DNA of 64,000 bases from the human T2T-CHM13v2.0 reference genome, Homo sapiens. The notes under the pieces are model-generated. The model saw only the letters and a program-made list of their open reading frames with translations, did no database searches and was not told where the DNA came from. Of this stretch, positions 1-11,863 are shown in pieces. The DNA lies in NCBI RefSeq assembly GCF_009914755.1, contig NC_060926.1. One strand, 5' to 3'. Position 1 is the stretch's first letter. Every line of letters begins with the position of its first letter. The translations under genes and the position numbers were made by a program.

Positions 1-112
1 AATCCGTGACCTCTTCACCCAGCTCTCAAGCTGCATTTTCATTACAGTCTTTTCATCATCAGAATTTTGGCTTCAAGTTGTTGATTTAGTTGTGATTGTC
101 TTGAAAAGAAAG
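1..112 (+). pseudogene. Partial candidate exon (…SSC*FSCDCLEKK), phase-1 exit
   Basis: Ends AAAG|gtctac (weak donor). Phase matches the next exon. Frame uncertain. Confidence 0.35.
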
Positions 113-350
113 GTCTACTAAATGAGTCAACTTTTATCACGAACTATAAATGTATTTATTTATCCAACTTTTAAATACAAACAATCCTTTCCCACTAGGA
201 AAGTACTAAATCAACCATGAGTTGGAAGAGTATTTCCAATGCATTTCTACTGGTTGGTAATGCATATCTGTGAACTTAATACTTTAATTATTGCATTAAG
301 ATCATTGAAAGATAATCAAGAGGATGTTCTTTTTGACACTTTCCTTCTAG

Positions 351-533
351 GAGGATGCTTTGGTTGTTCAATCATTCAAGGTATGCACTGGCTGCCATTC
401 ATAGAATTTCCCTCTGATAAAACTGTAACAAACCTATTCAATAATACATATGGCATTGAGATATACCCAATAGTCACTCATCCTTCACAAGCAAAGGGGA
501 TGCTGAAACTGACTATAAACAAACCTTCATGGG
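351..533 (+). pseudogene. Exon, phase 1->1, fully open: GGCFGCSIIQGMHWLPFIEFPSDKTVTNLFNNTYGIEIYPIVTHPSQAKGMLKLTINKPSW
   Basis: ttccttctag| acceptor, G|gtaagt donor, 183 nt with no stop; lies inside ORF 239..616. Confidence 0.75.
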
Positions 534-683
534 GTAAGTTTCTTGTTGATGTTTTCTATATCATGTTCCTTTATTTAATTCCAATTTGCAAAGTTTTTAT
601 TCAAAAGTGTGCTTGACTGGTTTTTGAAATATCCTTAAAAAATCATTTGATGGTGTTATTGCTCTTATATTTTCTTCTTAAAG

Positions 684-824
684 AAGCATTTGAGTACTCT
701 TATTTCTAGATAAACTGTTGTTGCTTGTATTAATTTGCTAATAGTGGTTGAATTCGTACTATCGACCTCTTACCTGTCAAGCAGATTGTAAAAAGCCCCT
801 GGAAGAAGGTTGTCAAGATATTAG
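684..824 (+). pseudogene. Exon, phase 1->1: EAFEYSYF*INCCCLY*FANSG*IRTIDLLPVKQIVKSPWKKVVKIL
   Basis: ttttcttcttaaag| acceptor, 141 nt, weak donor gttttt. Confidence 0.5.
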
Positions 825-1008
825 GTTTTTTTGTACTCTACACAATATGTTGCATATTTTCATTGATTTCTACCTAATTTTTAAAAACTTCATAATAGTT
901 TTTAATTCAGATTAATGTATTCCATTTACAATGAAAGTAATTTTTCATCTAAAATAACAAAATTTAGAGAAAAATCTTTAAAACATGACTTTTTGCTATT
1001 TTTCTAAG

Positions 1009-1293
1009 ATTAGAGAACTTTGTTCTTCAGGAAGATTAAGCAAAACGATATACTTGTTAAAAATAAATTATGTGGCAAAACTGTTGTGCAAACACTGAAC
1101 TGATCTGAGATTACCAAGTTTTTCTGGTGCAGAAAATTGTGAAAAATTATTCGTATGGTAGCAAAATACCCTGAACCACCAAAATGTATATGGCCATCTC
1201 CTGTATCAACTGCATCCTTTATCCAGACCATTAAAACGACCAAACCAGACCTTTTATTCCCTGATCCAGCAGACCAGAAACAGACCCTAGTAG
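1009..1293 (+). pseudogene. Exon, phase 1->1: …KNKLCGKTVVQTLN*SEITKFFWCRKL*KIIRMVAKYPEPPKCIWPSPVSTASFIQTIKTTKPDLLFPDPADQKQTLV
   Basis: tttttctaag| acceptor, 285 nt, 3 stops in 95 codons, G|gttaaa donor. Confidence 0.65.
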
Positions 1294-1365
1294 GTTAAAA
1301 CCCCATAGAATCTGTTTCTGTGGTTTTACTTGCATTTAAAAATAGTTTCCTCCTCTAATCTTTAG

Positions 1366-1792
1366 GTAAAACCCAAGTTACTAGAGGATGCTCAAATGTC
1401 TTCTGTAGTTTTCCACAAATGCTGGAACATCATGCTTTCTTTAAAAATGGTCTGAGGGCGGGCATGGTGGCTCATGCCTCTAATCTCAGCACTTTGGTAG
1501 GCCTAGACAGGTGGACCACCTGATGTCAGGAGTTCGAGGCCAACCTGGCCAACATGGTGAAACCCCATCTCTATTAAAAATACAAAAATTAGGTGGGCAT
1601 GGTGGTGGGCACCTGTAATCACGGCTGCTCAGGACGCTAAGGCACGAGAATCGCTTGAACCTGGGAGGTGGAGGTTGCAGTGAGCCAAGATGGCGCCACT
1701 GCACTACAGCTTGGTTGACAGAGTGAGACTCCATCTTGGGGGGAAAAAATGGTCTGAAGAGTCTCAGTCCCTTCATGCAGAAGGGCCCTGCG
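1366..1792 (+). pseudogene. Exon interrupted by an Alu, phase 1->0: GKTQVTRGCSNVFCSFPQMLEHHAFFKNGL[Alu][12 protein letters not shown]
   Basis: ctctaatctttag| acceptor. Removing the Alu and one TSD copy gives an open frame up to the GCG|gttaga donor. Confidence 0.65.
1456..1749 (+). mobile_element. AluS-type SINE, full length
   Basis: Dimeric Alu sequence; TSD aaaaatggtctga at 1443-1455 and 1745-1757. Confidence 0.95.
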
Positions 1793-1905
1793 GTTAGATA
1801 TCTTTGGTGCATAATTTAGAGCACATTAGTACAACTAATTTACACTAAGCTGATTGTTATGTGTCTGTGTTAATTTATTGGTGATCTTTCCTATTTTCTA
1901 TGTAG

Positions 1906-1939
1906 AATAATAAATGTTTGCTGTAACTGATAAAACTAT
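1906..1939 (+). pseudogene. Small candidate exon, phase 0->1 (NNKCLL*LIKL)
   Basis: ctattttctatgtag| and T|gtaaat; bridges the phases of its neighbours. Confidence 0.4.
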
Positions 1940-2067
1940 GTAAATAATGTATTAAGCAAAACTTATTAATTTCCCTCACCTGTCCCTCTCCCATTGCCCA
2001 CTGTCACATGGCGTCTCTCAAGTTAACCTTTTATTTTTTCACATATTTCTCTCTCTACATATAAGAC

Positions 2068-2089
2068 AGATAGACAGGCAGATAGATAC

Positions 2090-2143
<54 letters not shown>
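2068..2143 (+). repeat. (GATA)n tetranucleotide microsatellite
   Basis: Long perfect GATA run with imperfect GACA/GATA units 5'. Confidence 0.95.
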
Positions 2144-2149
2144 CAATCT

Positions 2150-2720
2150 ATCACCTGTACAGGAATATGGTTCTGTATTGGTTTTGGTATTATTGGCTTG
2201 TTTCTTGTTTAAGTTTTACATCATGGGCTTATTCATCCAAGTAAGCGTATGTGGACCCAATTCCTTTAGTAGCTGTAGCCATGATGCAGATTACCATATT
2301 CGTCCAGTCTTACATTGATGAATATTTTGGTGGCTTGCGTGTTTTTGCCAGTATGAATAGTACTGTAATAAACATGGTACATTTATTATTGCCTACTTGC
2401 ATTTTATTTATATAATAGAGCTGTCACAGTATTGGTCAGAGATTTCACATATTTACAGTTTTATAAGCATTGCCAGCATGCTTTTCAAAATCGTTGTTGA
2501 CCTTGGCCCTCAGTGCTCTCCCAGTCTGATTTTGAGGGAAAAAAGATTTCATTATTGTTTTAGTTCATATTCCCCTGACAAGGTTGACAGTATCTTTTCA
2601 TAGGCTTTCTCATATTGTTTCTTTTTTTTTTTTCACTGTGAACTCCCATTAATATTATTTTCTGCTGTTTTATTGAGGTATTTATATCTTAAAAATTCAG
2701 TTTATGAGGCTTTAATATAA
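2150..2720 (-). mobile_element. Old L1M(E)-type 3' fragment
   Basis: Resembles antisense L1M 3' UTR (ttcatcca…cattgatgaatattttggtggc…gctgtaataaacat). Confidence 0.55.
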
Positions 2721-2788
2721 TTTAATATATATTAATTTAATATAGTTGAAAGAAAAGAAAAATTATAGTTGCCTCACATGTTGTACAG

Positions 2789-2950
2789 ATGCAAATTTAC
2801 TTAATTCTTTGGGTTCATTAGGGTATAGCTATAGAACTGCATAAATAACATTCTTCAGAAAAATATATAAATATTGTTACAACTAAAATGAAGTATTTAT
2901 TCATAAGCATCAGAGAATGAAGAGAAAAGGCAGGGCATTTATATTTTGAG
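2789..2950 (+). pseudogene. Exon, phase 1->1: ANLLNSLGSLGYSYRTA*ITFFRKIYKYCYN*NEVFIHKHQRMKRKGRAFIF*
   Basis: ttgtacag| and G|gtaact; 162 nt. Confidence 0.55.
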
Positions 2951-3014
2951 GTAACTGTATATGTTGCTATCTTTTATATTAAGGGTGACCTTGCCTTTGT
3001 TTATTATTTTAAAG

Positions 3015-3200
3015 ATCTTTGTTTCTTAAAAGTATTATTATTTAAATGGCTTGCAGAAAGAGATATTGATAAAAATTGATATAACTCTTCAATTCTTCTG
3101 TAGATAAAACTGCATTTTTAAAAATAATTATATTTCATGACCTAGTGTCTCTTCTCAAATTATCATCACCAGGCCATTTCAGAAATGTCGTAAAATATAA
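3015..3200 (+). pseudogene. Candidate exon, phase 1->1 (DLCFLKVLLFKWLAERDIDKN*…), heavily decayed
   Basis: 186 nt between ttttaaag| and |gtgaac; many stops in the second half; upstream intron only 64 nt. Confidence 0.35.
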
Positions 3201-3333
3201 GTGAACACTAAAATCAAAAGGAAAAATATATATATATATATTCTTACTCAATCCACTTAAAATTCACCAAAAATGTCAACACTAATCAGGCCAAGTGATG
3301 CAATAAGTTTATCTTACTTTGTAATGTTTCCAG

Positions 3334-3613
3334 TTATGGCTAATCCTCATTTTTCCCAGAAAGGGAAAACGATAAAGTTAAATGATTACTGGAAAGATTT
3401 AGTATTGATAAGACCTGTACCAGATAAGAAAGAAAATAAATAGTCTGTACCTTGATGACTCAATCAGATTTTGCAAATTGACTTAAACTTCAAATTACTC
3501 CCCAGTAGCATCATTCATGAGATTTGTTTATGAAATTAGTGTATATTTTCAAATGTTTTTTCTTAGCTCATAGATATATACAAGCAGAAAACAAACTACA
3601 TATAAGGATTCAT
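3334..3613 (+). pseudogene. Exon, phase 1->2: MANPHFSQKGKTIKLNDYWKDLVLIRPVPDKKENK*…
   Basis: gtttccag| acceptor, AT|gtaagt donor; first 35 codons open, several stops after. Confidence 0.5.
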
Positions 3614-3685
3614 GTAAGTTGGTGATAAAATTACCTCATCTTATTTGGAAACAGAATCTCTTCTAATTAAATTATTTTCTGCAAG

Positions 3686-3765
3686 GTTTGATTTGGTGTA
3701 ATTCCTACCACCATGTAGCTGCTGGTAAAAGAGGGCAAACAAAAATTCATGAATTGAATTTTTAA
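3686..3765 (+). pseudogene. Candidate exon, phase 2->1 (FDLV*FLPPCSCW*KRANKNS*IEFL)
   Basis: ttttctgcaag| and A|gtatga; an alternative open frame reads GLIWCNSYHHVAAGK…. Confidence 0.4.
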
Positions 3766-4331
3766 GTATGAAAGGGATGTGGAACTTAGAACACCAAAAA
3801 TCAAAATAAATGAAAGTCTTCATTTCTTCGTAATGCTATATTTCTTCAACATTTATCTAGTGCCTGTTCTGTGCCAGGGGAGACCAATTATTACAATACA
3901 GATGATATCTAAAACTCATAGAGATACTCTACGCCAGGCAAATTTTAACCAAAGTTAAATCTGACCTTTAAGACTAATAACATAAGGCTGATGCTCTTTG
4001 CTCTGCAGCTGTGGGAAAATTGACTATCAGTGTTTTTGTTTGTTTTGTTTTCATTTAAACCATTAAATGGTGACAAGGTGGGGAGAAGGAAAGTAAAAAT
4101 GATAACGAGAAGGAAAGAATTCCAGTTATTCTACATTGACTATTTTGTGTTCATCAGAACAATAATCTTATCTGCAAAATAATCTGTTTTGAAAATTATG
4201 CATTTGTATTCCACATTCTGAAGTGCCCTTATTTTCAATTAAAATTACATTAAGTTACATTAAAATCTAAAACTTACTAAGTAATTTTAAATTAATTATA
4301 TTTCTAACCAATATTGGTGAATAATTCACAG

Positions 4332-4382
4332 GTATAGAAACTGCCCTTCCCAATCCCGCCTTTTATGTCTCCTGGTCATTAG
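4332..4382 (+). pseudogene. Exon, phase 1->1, open: IETALPNPAFYVSWSL
   Basis: aattcacag| and G|gtatag; 51 nt, GC-richer than flanks. Confidence 0.5.
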
Positions 4383-4706
4383 GTATAGCAATTAAAATTA
4401 AGTTAAATTTAGTGTAAGAAAAATATAATTATAAGGGCAATATGGCACAAGTATCACATAGTTCATTCCTAAGTTAAATATATGTAATTGGGAATTTTTG
4501 AACTTTGTAAGGTGTATTTTACTTGCATTAGTATAGATATGTGAGTTGAGACTGCTCATCAAAACAAAAAGCTCAAATTCCATGATATTCTATCTTACCA
4601 CATTTTTTATGAGATTAAATGTAATTTTTAAAGTAAACTATAAATAAACCTTTCAAAAATAAACTCGACTTCTTCAAATTTGAGGAGAAATCTTGTGAAT
4701 TTCCAG

Positions 4707-4881
4707 GTCATTGTATCAATAATTTGTCCAAGTAGTAATCAAGTGTTATCAAGTGTGAAATGCTCACTGATTAAAAGGTCATCAGAGATCAAAATGGTAG
4801 ATGTTTCAGAAGTGTCATTGATCAAGAGAAAGTTTTCATCAAATGTTGTTAAAATGTAGTGACTTATTAAAGTTGCAACAA
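4707..4881 (+). pseudogene. Cys-containing exon, phase 1->2: GHCINNLSK**SSVIKCEMLTD*KVIRDQNGRCFRSVIDQEKVFIKCC*NVVTY*SCN
   Basis: aatttccag| and AA|gtaata; 175 nt. Confidence 0.5.
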
Positions 4882-5104
4882 GTAATAATAATAAAATATT
4901 TTGAATTTTATTAGTCGTTGTGGGTATTTTGCAATTTGGGAAGGATTTTTTAAAAATCAGTCTTTTGAATACATATAGGAATACATAAATAAATTAAAAT
5001 TTTAAAAAGAATACAAGTAGTCTTTTTGGTTGGCACAATATAGCAAATGATTTAGAATGGATTTTCTCTTTGAAATCGTTATTTTACTTTGAAGAATTTA
5101 GTCT

Positions 5105-5360
5105 ACGGGCTAAGAGGATGTAGCTGAGAGAACACAGGGCTTTGCATCAGTGTACCTGGTTCTGAATTCTAACTACTCTAGTTTTTAGATATTTGGCATT
5201 GATAATTTTGAAAAAAAAAATCTGTTTTTAAAAATCTGTAATATGTTTCCACCCTGTAATAAGAAGGCAATAATTTCTACTTTGCAAATTGAGAAACATA
5301 TGTAAAATAAGGTATTTGTATGTCAATTGGCTGGCATATAACAGATGCTCAATAAAAACA
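5105..5360 (+). mobile_element. MIR fragment
   Basis: gggctttgcatcag…cctggttctgaattctaact…tgctcaataaa, resembling MIR. Confidence 0.55.
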
Positions 5361-5799
5361 ACTCATTACTCTTTTGTATACGGATTAAGATTCCTTTAAA
5401 ATTTATTATAAAAAATGTGATTTTTTTAAAAGAAAAAATTAGAAAATACAAATTATTTAAGTATGACTTCTGTACAATAGAATATTATATAGGCATTAAA
5501 AGTCATGTAATAATAAATGGCATGAAAATATATTCATAATATATTTTTAGGTAAATAATTATATAAAATATATGTATAGTACAATCCCATCATCATAAAA
5601 AATTTATAAACATATACATATACTTGACAAGATTTGAACCAAAAAATGTTAATTATTATAATCTCTGGGTAAGAGGTAATTTTAAAAAAAAATTATTTTG
5701 ATTTTCCAAATTATAATTTAAACATATATAATTTTTTCTAACAAGAAAACATAATAAATTTTATTCTTTCTAAAATCGGGCTTCTGAAATGTCATTTCC

Positions 5800-6330
5800 T
5801 ACAATGTGCATTCTAGGGGGCATAACAGTTGGTTAATTTGGAAATACTATTTATTATTCTTGAAGTTATAGTGAATTGGGGTAACATGTGAAGCCAAACA
5901 TTGTAATCCATTTTAAAGATTATTAAAAGAGCAAGACTGGAAATTACTCCCCAGTAACATCAATCCTTGGTATATTAATATAAGTTAGACAGAAGAATTT
6001 GTAACTATCCAGAGAGTACTGGAATCAAAAGCAATAAAGTCTGGTGGCTTATAAAAAATAAACCCAACCAGTCAAATTCAATAGATTATTTCCCCCAGTG
6101 GAATAACAGTATTATCAGATTACAAGAACAATGTTAAACAAAGCATGTGATGGGATAACTTATAAAGTTTGTTCATAGAATTGATTCAAAGTTGAAGTGG
6201 ATGCAATCTGCTGCCTGACAAATTGAAGATGAAGAGTAATAATCCTTGAAAGGATTTTGAAGGATGAGCAGGTATTTGGTAAAACTAGCATGTATTCTAA
6301 TTTAGAATACTCTGATTTTACATCTGGTTT
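5800..6330 (+). mobile_element. L3/CR1 reverse-transcriptase fossil
   Basis: Degenerate match to the CR1 ORF2 motifs ANIVPIFKK…GNYRPVSLTSIPG…QTNL. Confidence 0.6.
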
Positions 6331-6559
6331 GTGATCTAGAATTGGGTAATAACTAGTTCATTTTAAAAAGAAAAAAGTATACTAATTTGAAAATCCTTAT
6401 AACTGACACAGGAAAAAAAAATTACCCATGCAAAGCCACTAATGTAAGGAGATTATTTAATGGGCTAAAATTTGTTATTTTGAAGAAGAAACAAGGAAAA
6501 GAGATCTTGAGGGGAAAAAATCTTAGCTATTCTTTAGAGAAAAGTAATAGCAGATAATA

Positions 6560-7040
6560 GGTTAAGTACCTTAAGAACCACACCTATATGGGCCCATCAA
6601 TCCTCAGAGAGGCCCTGTGGGTTATATCTCTCCATTTCACAGATGACGACCTTGGAGAACAGAAACATATTAAATAATTGCCCCAAGGTCACGCATTAAG
6701 AGGCAGAGCCAAAATCTGGTTTACCTGGAATGCTTTCCTTACATCAGATTTCTATAACTTTTCACACTGTGCTGCAGCAATATGACACAGGTTGGCAGTC
6801 TGACTCACTATCCAACCTGCCCACTACTTCTCCAGTACAATTTAGAAGCCAAATTGATTGGGACAGCATGATTTAAGGAGTCTGACATTGAATTTGGATT
6901 TCAATCCTGGTTATCCCACATTCAAGATATGTGACCTTGGTCTAGCCATTTAATTGAAATCTGGTCTTAGTTATCATGTCCTTAAAATAAAGAGAATGGA
7001 ATAAATTCTACTATTCTTTCCAAGTCTAATAGATGACCCT
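6560..7040. mobile_element. Two MIR fragments (first antisense, second sense)
   Basis: catttcacagatga…ccaaggtcac core; atgtgaccttgg core. Confidence 0.55.
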
Positions 7041-7122
7041 TGCCTCACAGCCAATATTCATATATCTTTAAGCAGCTTTTGAAATGTGTCATGAGAGTTC
7101 TGGGAAAGGTTTAAAAAGCAAC

Positions 7123-7208
7123 ATATATATTTTATATGTGTGTATATATATAAAATCTATCTATATATCAATCTCTCTATATATATATACACACACATAT
7201 ATATATCT
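7123..7208 (+). repeat. Imperfect (TA)n/(CA)n simple repeat
   Basis: Visible dinucleotide runs. Confidence 0.85.
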
Positions 7209-10200
7209 CACAGAGTATCTCCTCAAGTTGTGCAAAAACTTCCAAGTTACCATAGTAAGAGAGGACCAAAGAGGAGGAGGATTCTGTTGTGTTTTGTTTT
7301 TGTTGTTCTTTTGTTTTTGGTAAGCGCTTTCTTATTCTGAAACATCTACTATGTGATTTTTTTCCCCAAAGGACAGTACTTTTAGCGCTATAATGAGGGG
7401 GAAAGAGAAGCCCGTATTTCAGAGAGTAGCAGTATTTTTCATGAGGTGTAACAGCTACTGAGGGTGAAATGTTCCGCTGGAGAGAAAATAAGGAAGAGGA
7501 ACTTGCAAAGAAGAGTGTAGAGAGAAAGGAGAGAAGAACTTGCAAAGCAAAGGTCACCTCAGTTCTCTAGCACCTCTCTGCATAGTATTCTGTTCAAGTT
7601 TAAGATTCTCACTCATTCTTCAAAAGGGCTTGAGTATGAGGCGTAGCTGACATAAATGCCTGGCCCTCTTTCTTTGTTGTGAGGAGTGACAATCCCAGAG
7701 CAGCCGTGCCTCCCTTGGGCATGATCTCGCCCTCCAACTGTGAGCCCTGACTTCAATCAGGGGCCTCCACAAGCTCCTAATAAAGGAAGAGAGAGTCTAG
7801 GGAATGATTCCTTTCTATTTTACTTTTTTTTAATGCAAGTACAAATCCAGGGCTTTGAGGAAGAATAAAATGCAAGTTAAGCTAATTGTTCCTGTTGCTG
7901 TAAAGTTACAAAAAACTGTAGACTGAATCACCACGGGAATAAGTCAGAGAGATCCACAGACTTATTCCTGAAATTTGACTTTTGCATCCACTGGCTATTC
8001 GGAAGCTCATTTGACTGTAGCAATGTAATACTTTGGGCCTCCTAGTAGCATCACTATTAAAAAGCCATTCCTGGTCAGCACACTAAATTCACATTTCAAA
8101 TATTATAGACATGCTGATAAGTGTTGCTTCCCTTTATTCTGGAAAGACTCATACTCCCATATGCTGTGACGAAAACAACATCATTGATTGACTCTATCCG
8201 CTCTCACACGTGATGTTTGGCTTAACAAATGTTTTTCTTGCATCTATTCCTTTAAGAAATCAGTTCTCTTCCTGTCTCCCTTCTGTCTGAATTTGCTAGG
8301 TGGAGAGGGGGGTGCCAGGAGTGCTGTGTCTGCCAACAGGTGGCCAGACACTAGATCAGTCTCTCTCAATCAGCAAGTCCCCATCTGCTAGTTGGAGTCT
8401 CCATGTGTTCATTCCGCTTATTACAGCAGCTGAGCCTCAAACTGGGTTCTTTGTGGGCTTCAGGCAGATGCTTAACAAGGTGAGCCAAAGGGAGCCTGGC
8501 CATTAGGAGCTGTGTTAAGACTGCCTCAGCTGGAACCTGTTTTTACCATGTTTTTCAAGTGCTTACCTACAGCTTCCCCTGACAGCTTTACCACAGGACT
8601 TCCTTGGGGGCATCAGCCAGACACAGTGATACTTGAAACTTCAAACAAAAATGCTTATGCTATGCTATTTTTTTTTTAGTCTTTGGACGTTATTTTGAAT
8701 TCAAAAATGTTTTAGTAATTATCAACATCCTGGCTTAGGTATTACTGGTTTTGAAGAAGGGTCTTAGCAGGCAGACTTTAAAGATTATCACATTTTACCA
8801 AGGAGAGCCAATTTAAGTTCTGTGAGCTATTGTATGAAGAGCTAAAATCAGAAATTATACATCAGGGGGTTAGACTGTACATTAGTGGAAGTACAACCCA
8901 GGATGTGCTACATATTGGCTAACAATATCATTTTCAAGGAAGTCTGATGGACAAGACGGTTTAAGGAAGAGAAATCCACATTTTGTAAAGGGCTTGGTGC
9001 AGGCTAGCCTGTGCCAACCAATAAAATAATGATCTAAATTGCTTTCATCTTTTATCTCAGGTTCAGACATTTTCCTAAAATGGATTTACATTTTTAAAAT
9101 GCTCTTTGAACATATTTTATTGCTTTCATTTTCTATTCCTATTCTGTTCACATTTGAGTAGTACTGTAGGTGGAGTAAAACAGTGGGGTGAAGAACCCAT
9201 TTCTATAGAAAATAATCCTTAGAAATTCTTTACATGGGATCCGATAGAGCAAGAGTCTGATAACCTGCAAAGAGCTGAATGGGCCCAAGTTGTGTTATTT
9301 CACAGAATAAGCAGAAAGGTCTGGTTGAGAGTGTGCATTAAATCAAAGCATTTTTATTTATTTGAGGTTGGAAGTCTGTTGAAGCCCCCCAACAGACACA
9401 AAGGCAAAACTGTCTCACGGAACTGTGGGCGAGCATTTGAAAAACATGTGAAGATCAATTTCCAGCTGAGTCAATTTTTGTCAAACATCATGTGGCTTAG
9501 CCAGTTTTGGCTTTCGTAGTAGAAGCTGAAGCCCACAGAGTCCAGCCTCAGTCTCAGCCACCATACTGTGCAAGAGACGGAGAAGAGGGAGTCTGGTCTC
9601 CAAATGGAACAGTCTTTTAATTGGCTGAGTGTGGACCAGGGTTTGGGCACAGAATGTCAGGCACATCCTCGCTGTCATCATCATTACTGATTCAAACTGC
9701 ATTGAGGAGTACTGAGGAGCTGCCAAGAGAAGAAGCTGAGACGTCCACAGATTTGAATCACATCTGAACACCAGGGAGAAAAAGGAAAAAAAGAGCTTTG
9801 CTTGATAAACTACTGGAAAATGCTACTTTAACCCATTGAATGCCATGATACGTGCTTACTTGTCTACATTTGAAGGCTACCCCTTTTTGAATTTCTTGTC
9901 CAAGTCAGATGTTTCTGGCATTCTTGTTGTCCCTCCATCTCCAGCTACCTATTATACTAGTTGAAAATCAGTTTTTATGGGCACAATTTATGCCTGAAAA
10001 TGATATTACTAATTGTAGTATTTATGAGTCAGAGGAAACGTTTGTTTCATTATTAAGGGTGATAAAAAAAGCTTGCCTAAATTATGCAGTTTTTTGATTC
10101 AGAAGGTTATCCTCAGAAATCATTGTACTCATAGATGGCTGCCTACACCCTGTGATCTAAGCTGAAATCCATACTCCCCACCCTGAATACTAAGCTTCAT

Positions 10201-10529
10201 ATTCTTCACTGGACAGAAGTGGTTTATTTGGGGAACCCCACAGTTTCCTGTGTATAAAGACTCCTTTTTGGCATGTAAATACTCCTAAAGGGGCCAGTCT
10301 TTACGTTATCATCTAATAGCCAATCCGGAATTACGAAACAATAACTTCAAGGCAAGAACCAGGTATAGTGTGGTGACTCCCAACAGGGGGTGTGGGGAGA
10401 AATGTGGTTGGGAACAGGAGATTATGGCACAGATTGGAAAAGTGGGAGGCTGCCCCAAACAAAGACCATTCGCTAAGGGTCCTCCTTTATTTTCATAATA
10501 CAGAACATGGTATCATTGGGTTATGTATG

Positions 10530-10690
10530 CAGTGGTTTTTAAACAAGAGAGGACTTCAATGTTACCTGGAGCATGGCCCCCAAATTAAAATTTCCCGGGC
10601 CCTATCCCACACTGACTCGGAATTTCCAGGCACAGTGTCTGGGCCTGCTTGAATCTTTTGAAAATGCCTTCAGAAGGCTCAGAGACACAT
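10530..10690. mobile_element. MER5A-like hAT fragment
   Basis: cagtggtttttaaac…aaaatttcccgggccctatcccacac. Confidence 0.45.
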
Positions 10691-11009
10691 TTGCGGGTAA
10701 GGATAAGGGTTACAGCTGCTGGCTTAGGCCCTGTCTGAGAATCTCCTATGTCCTCCGTGGCTCTCCATGATTCCTGTTCCACTTGTCTTTTAATTAGATG
10801 TAAAAATTGAAGATGCAGGTAAAAGTTACCTCCATTTATTGCTCCATTGTTTGCCTTCATATTTTTCTGTGTCAGCGTATAAAGCCACATATTTTTTTCC
10901 TAAAGCTCAGAGGAAAAGAGAAGCTTTGTCTTACACTTTCACAGCAGCCAGGCCCATTACTTCTTTGTTCGGAAGCACATGCTATTTCACAGCCTTTCCA
11001 GCATTACAT

Positions 11010-11200
11010 TCTGGTTTCCAGCCTCTCGAGCTAGACTATCCAGTTCAAAGCCAGACTCCACCATCTACCAACTTCATGACCTTGGAGAAAATTACTTAAC
11101 TCTTCTGTATCTTGCTTTCCTTATCTATGAAATGTGGACACTAACCTCATTAGGTTGTTGTAGGGAAGGGTTATTACACACATAAAGATCTTAAGTTGGT
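11010..11200 (+). mobile_element. MIR
   Basis: catgaccttggagaaaattacttaactcttctgtatc…tctatgaaatg core. Confidence 0.7.
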
Positions 11201-11863
11201 GTCTGCCCACACTACTGTTTTTCTCACTGCACTCTTCAATGTAGATGGCGACTTTCCTATGGCATTTGAGAAGGTTGTCTATTTCCCTTTTGAAGGATTC
11301 TCTATTCCTCTAATTCATATGACACCACTCTATCCCAGCTCATCTCCCATCTTTCTCAGTATCTATTCCCAATGTTTTTGGAGGGAAGGGTTCTCCGCCT
11401 CCATTCACCCATCCAATATGGTATTTTTCAAGGTAACCTCATCAACTACCTAAATGGTAATGACCTTCTCATATCACCTGAATTTCAGAGGCAACTATCC
11501 ATCTTACTAAGGAACGTCTGAAATTTTTATTCTTTCTGCTAACCCTGCTTCTATCCTGTATTTCAGTAAATAGTTGGTAGCTACAACGTTGGGGAATTAC
11601 TACAAAATTATGATTTAAAAAATTCTGTAACTGTTCCCTCTGGAGTAGATAGTAGGACATAGAAATCACCCAGATTCCTAAAATATAATATATCTGCATT
11701 TATGAAAATAGTTTTTTTCCATTTTTTTTAAATGTGGGAGAGACATGCTTCTAGTTCATTTAACACAGTAACAAGTCCATTACATGATGCTAAAATTACG
11801 GTGGACAAATTTTCATCTGATTCATCAAAAGTCTGGTTTCACCAACCCTTCGTCTTTCTGTAG

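Noticed and set aside
351-533. Resemblance of IIQGMHWLP to GH81 glucanases, and of other exons to vitellogenin or HSP70
   Set aside because: Only a few residues match and neighbouring exons do not support any of these, so no gene symbol is assigned.
1486-1812. Alu-derived ORFs (also at 16446, 32080, 43546, 51142, 55222, 56773, 58800)
   Set aside because: Standard Alu translation artefacts.
3492-5956. Exact 16-mer aaattactccccagta at 3492 and 5941
   Set aside because: Similarity extends only a few bases further and the second copy lies in a CR1 fossil; probably chance.
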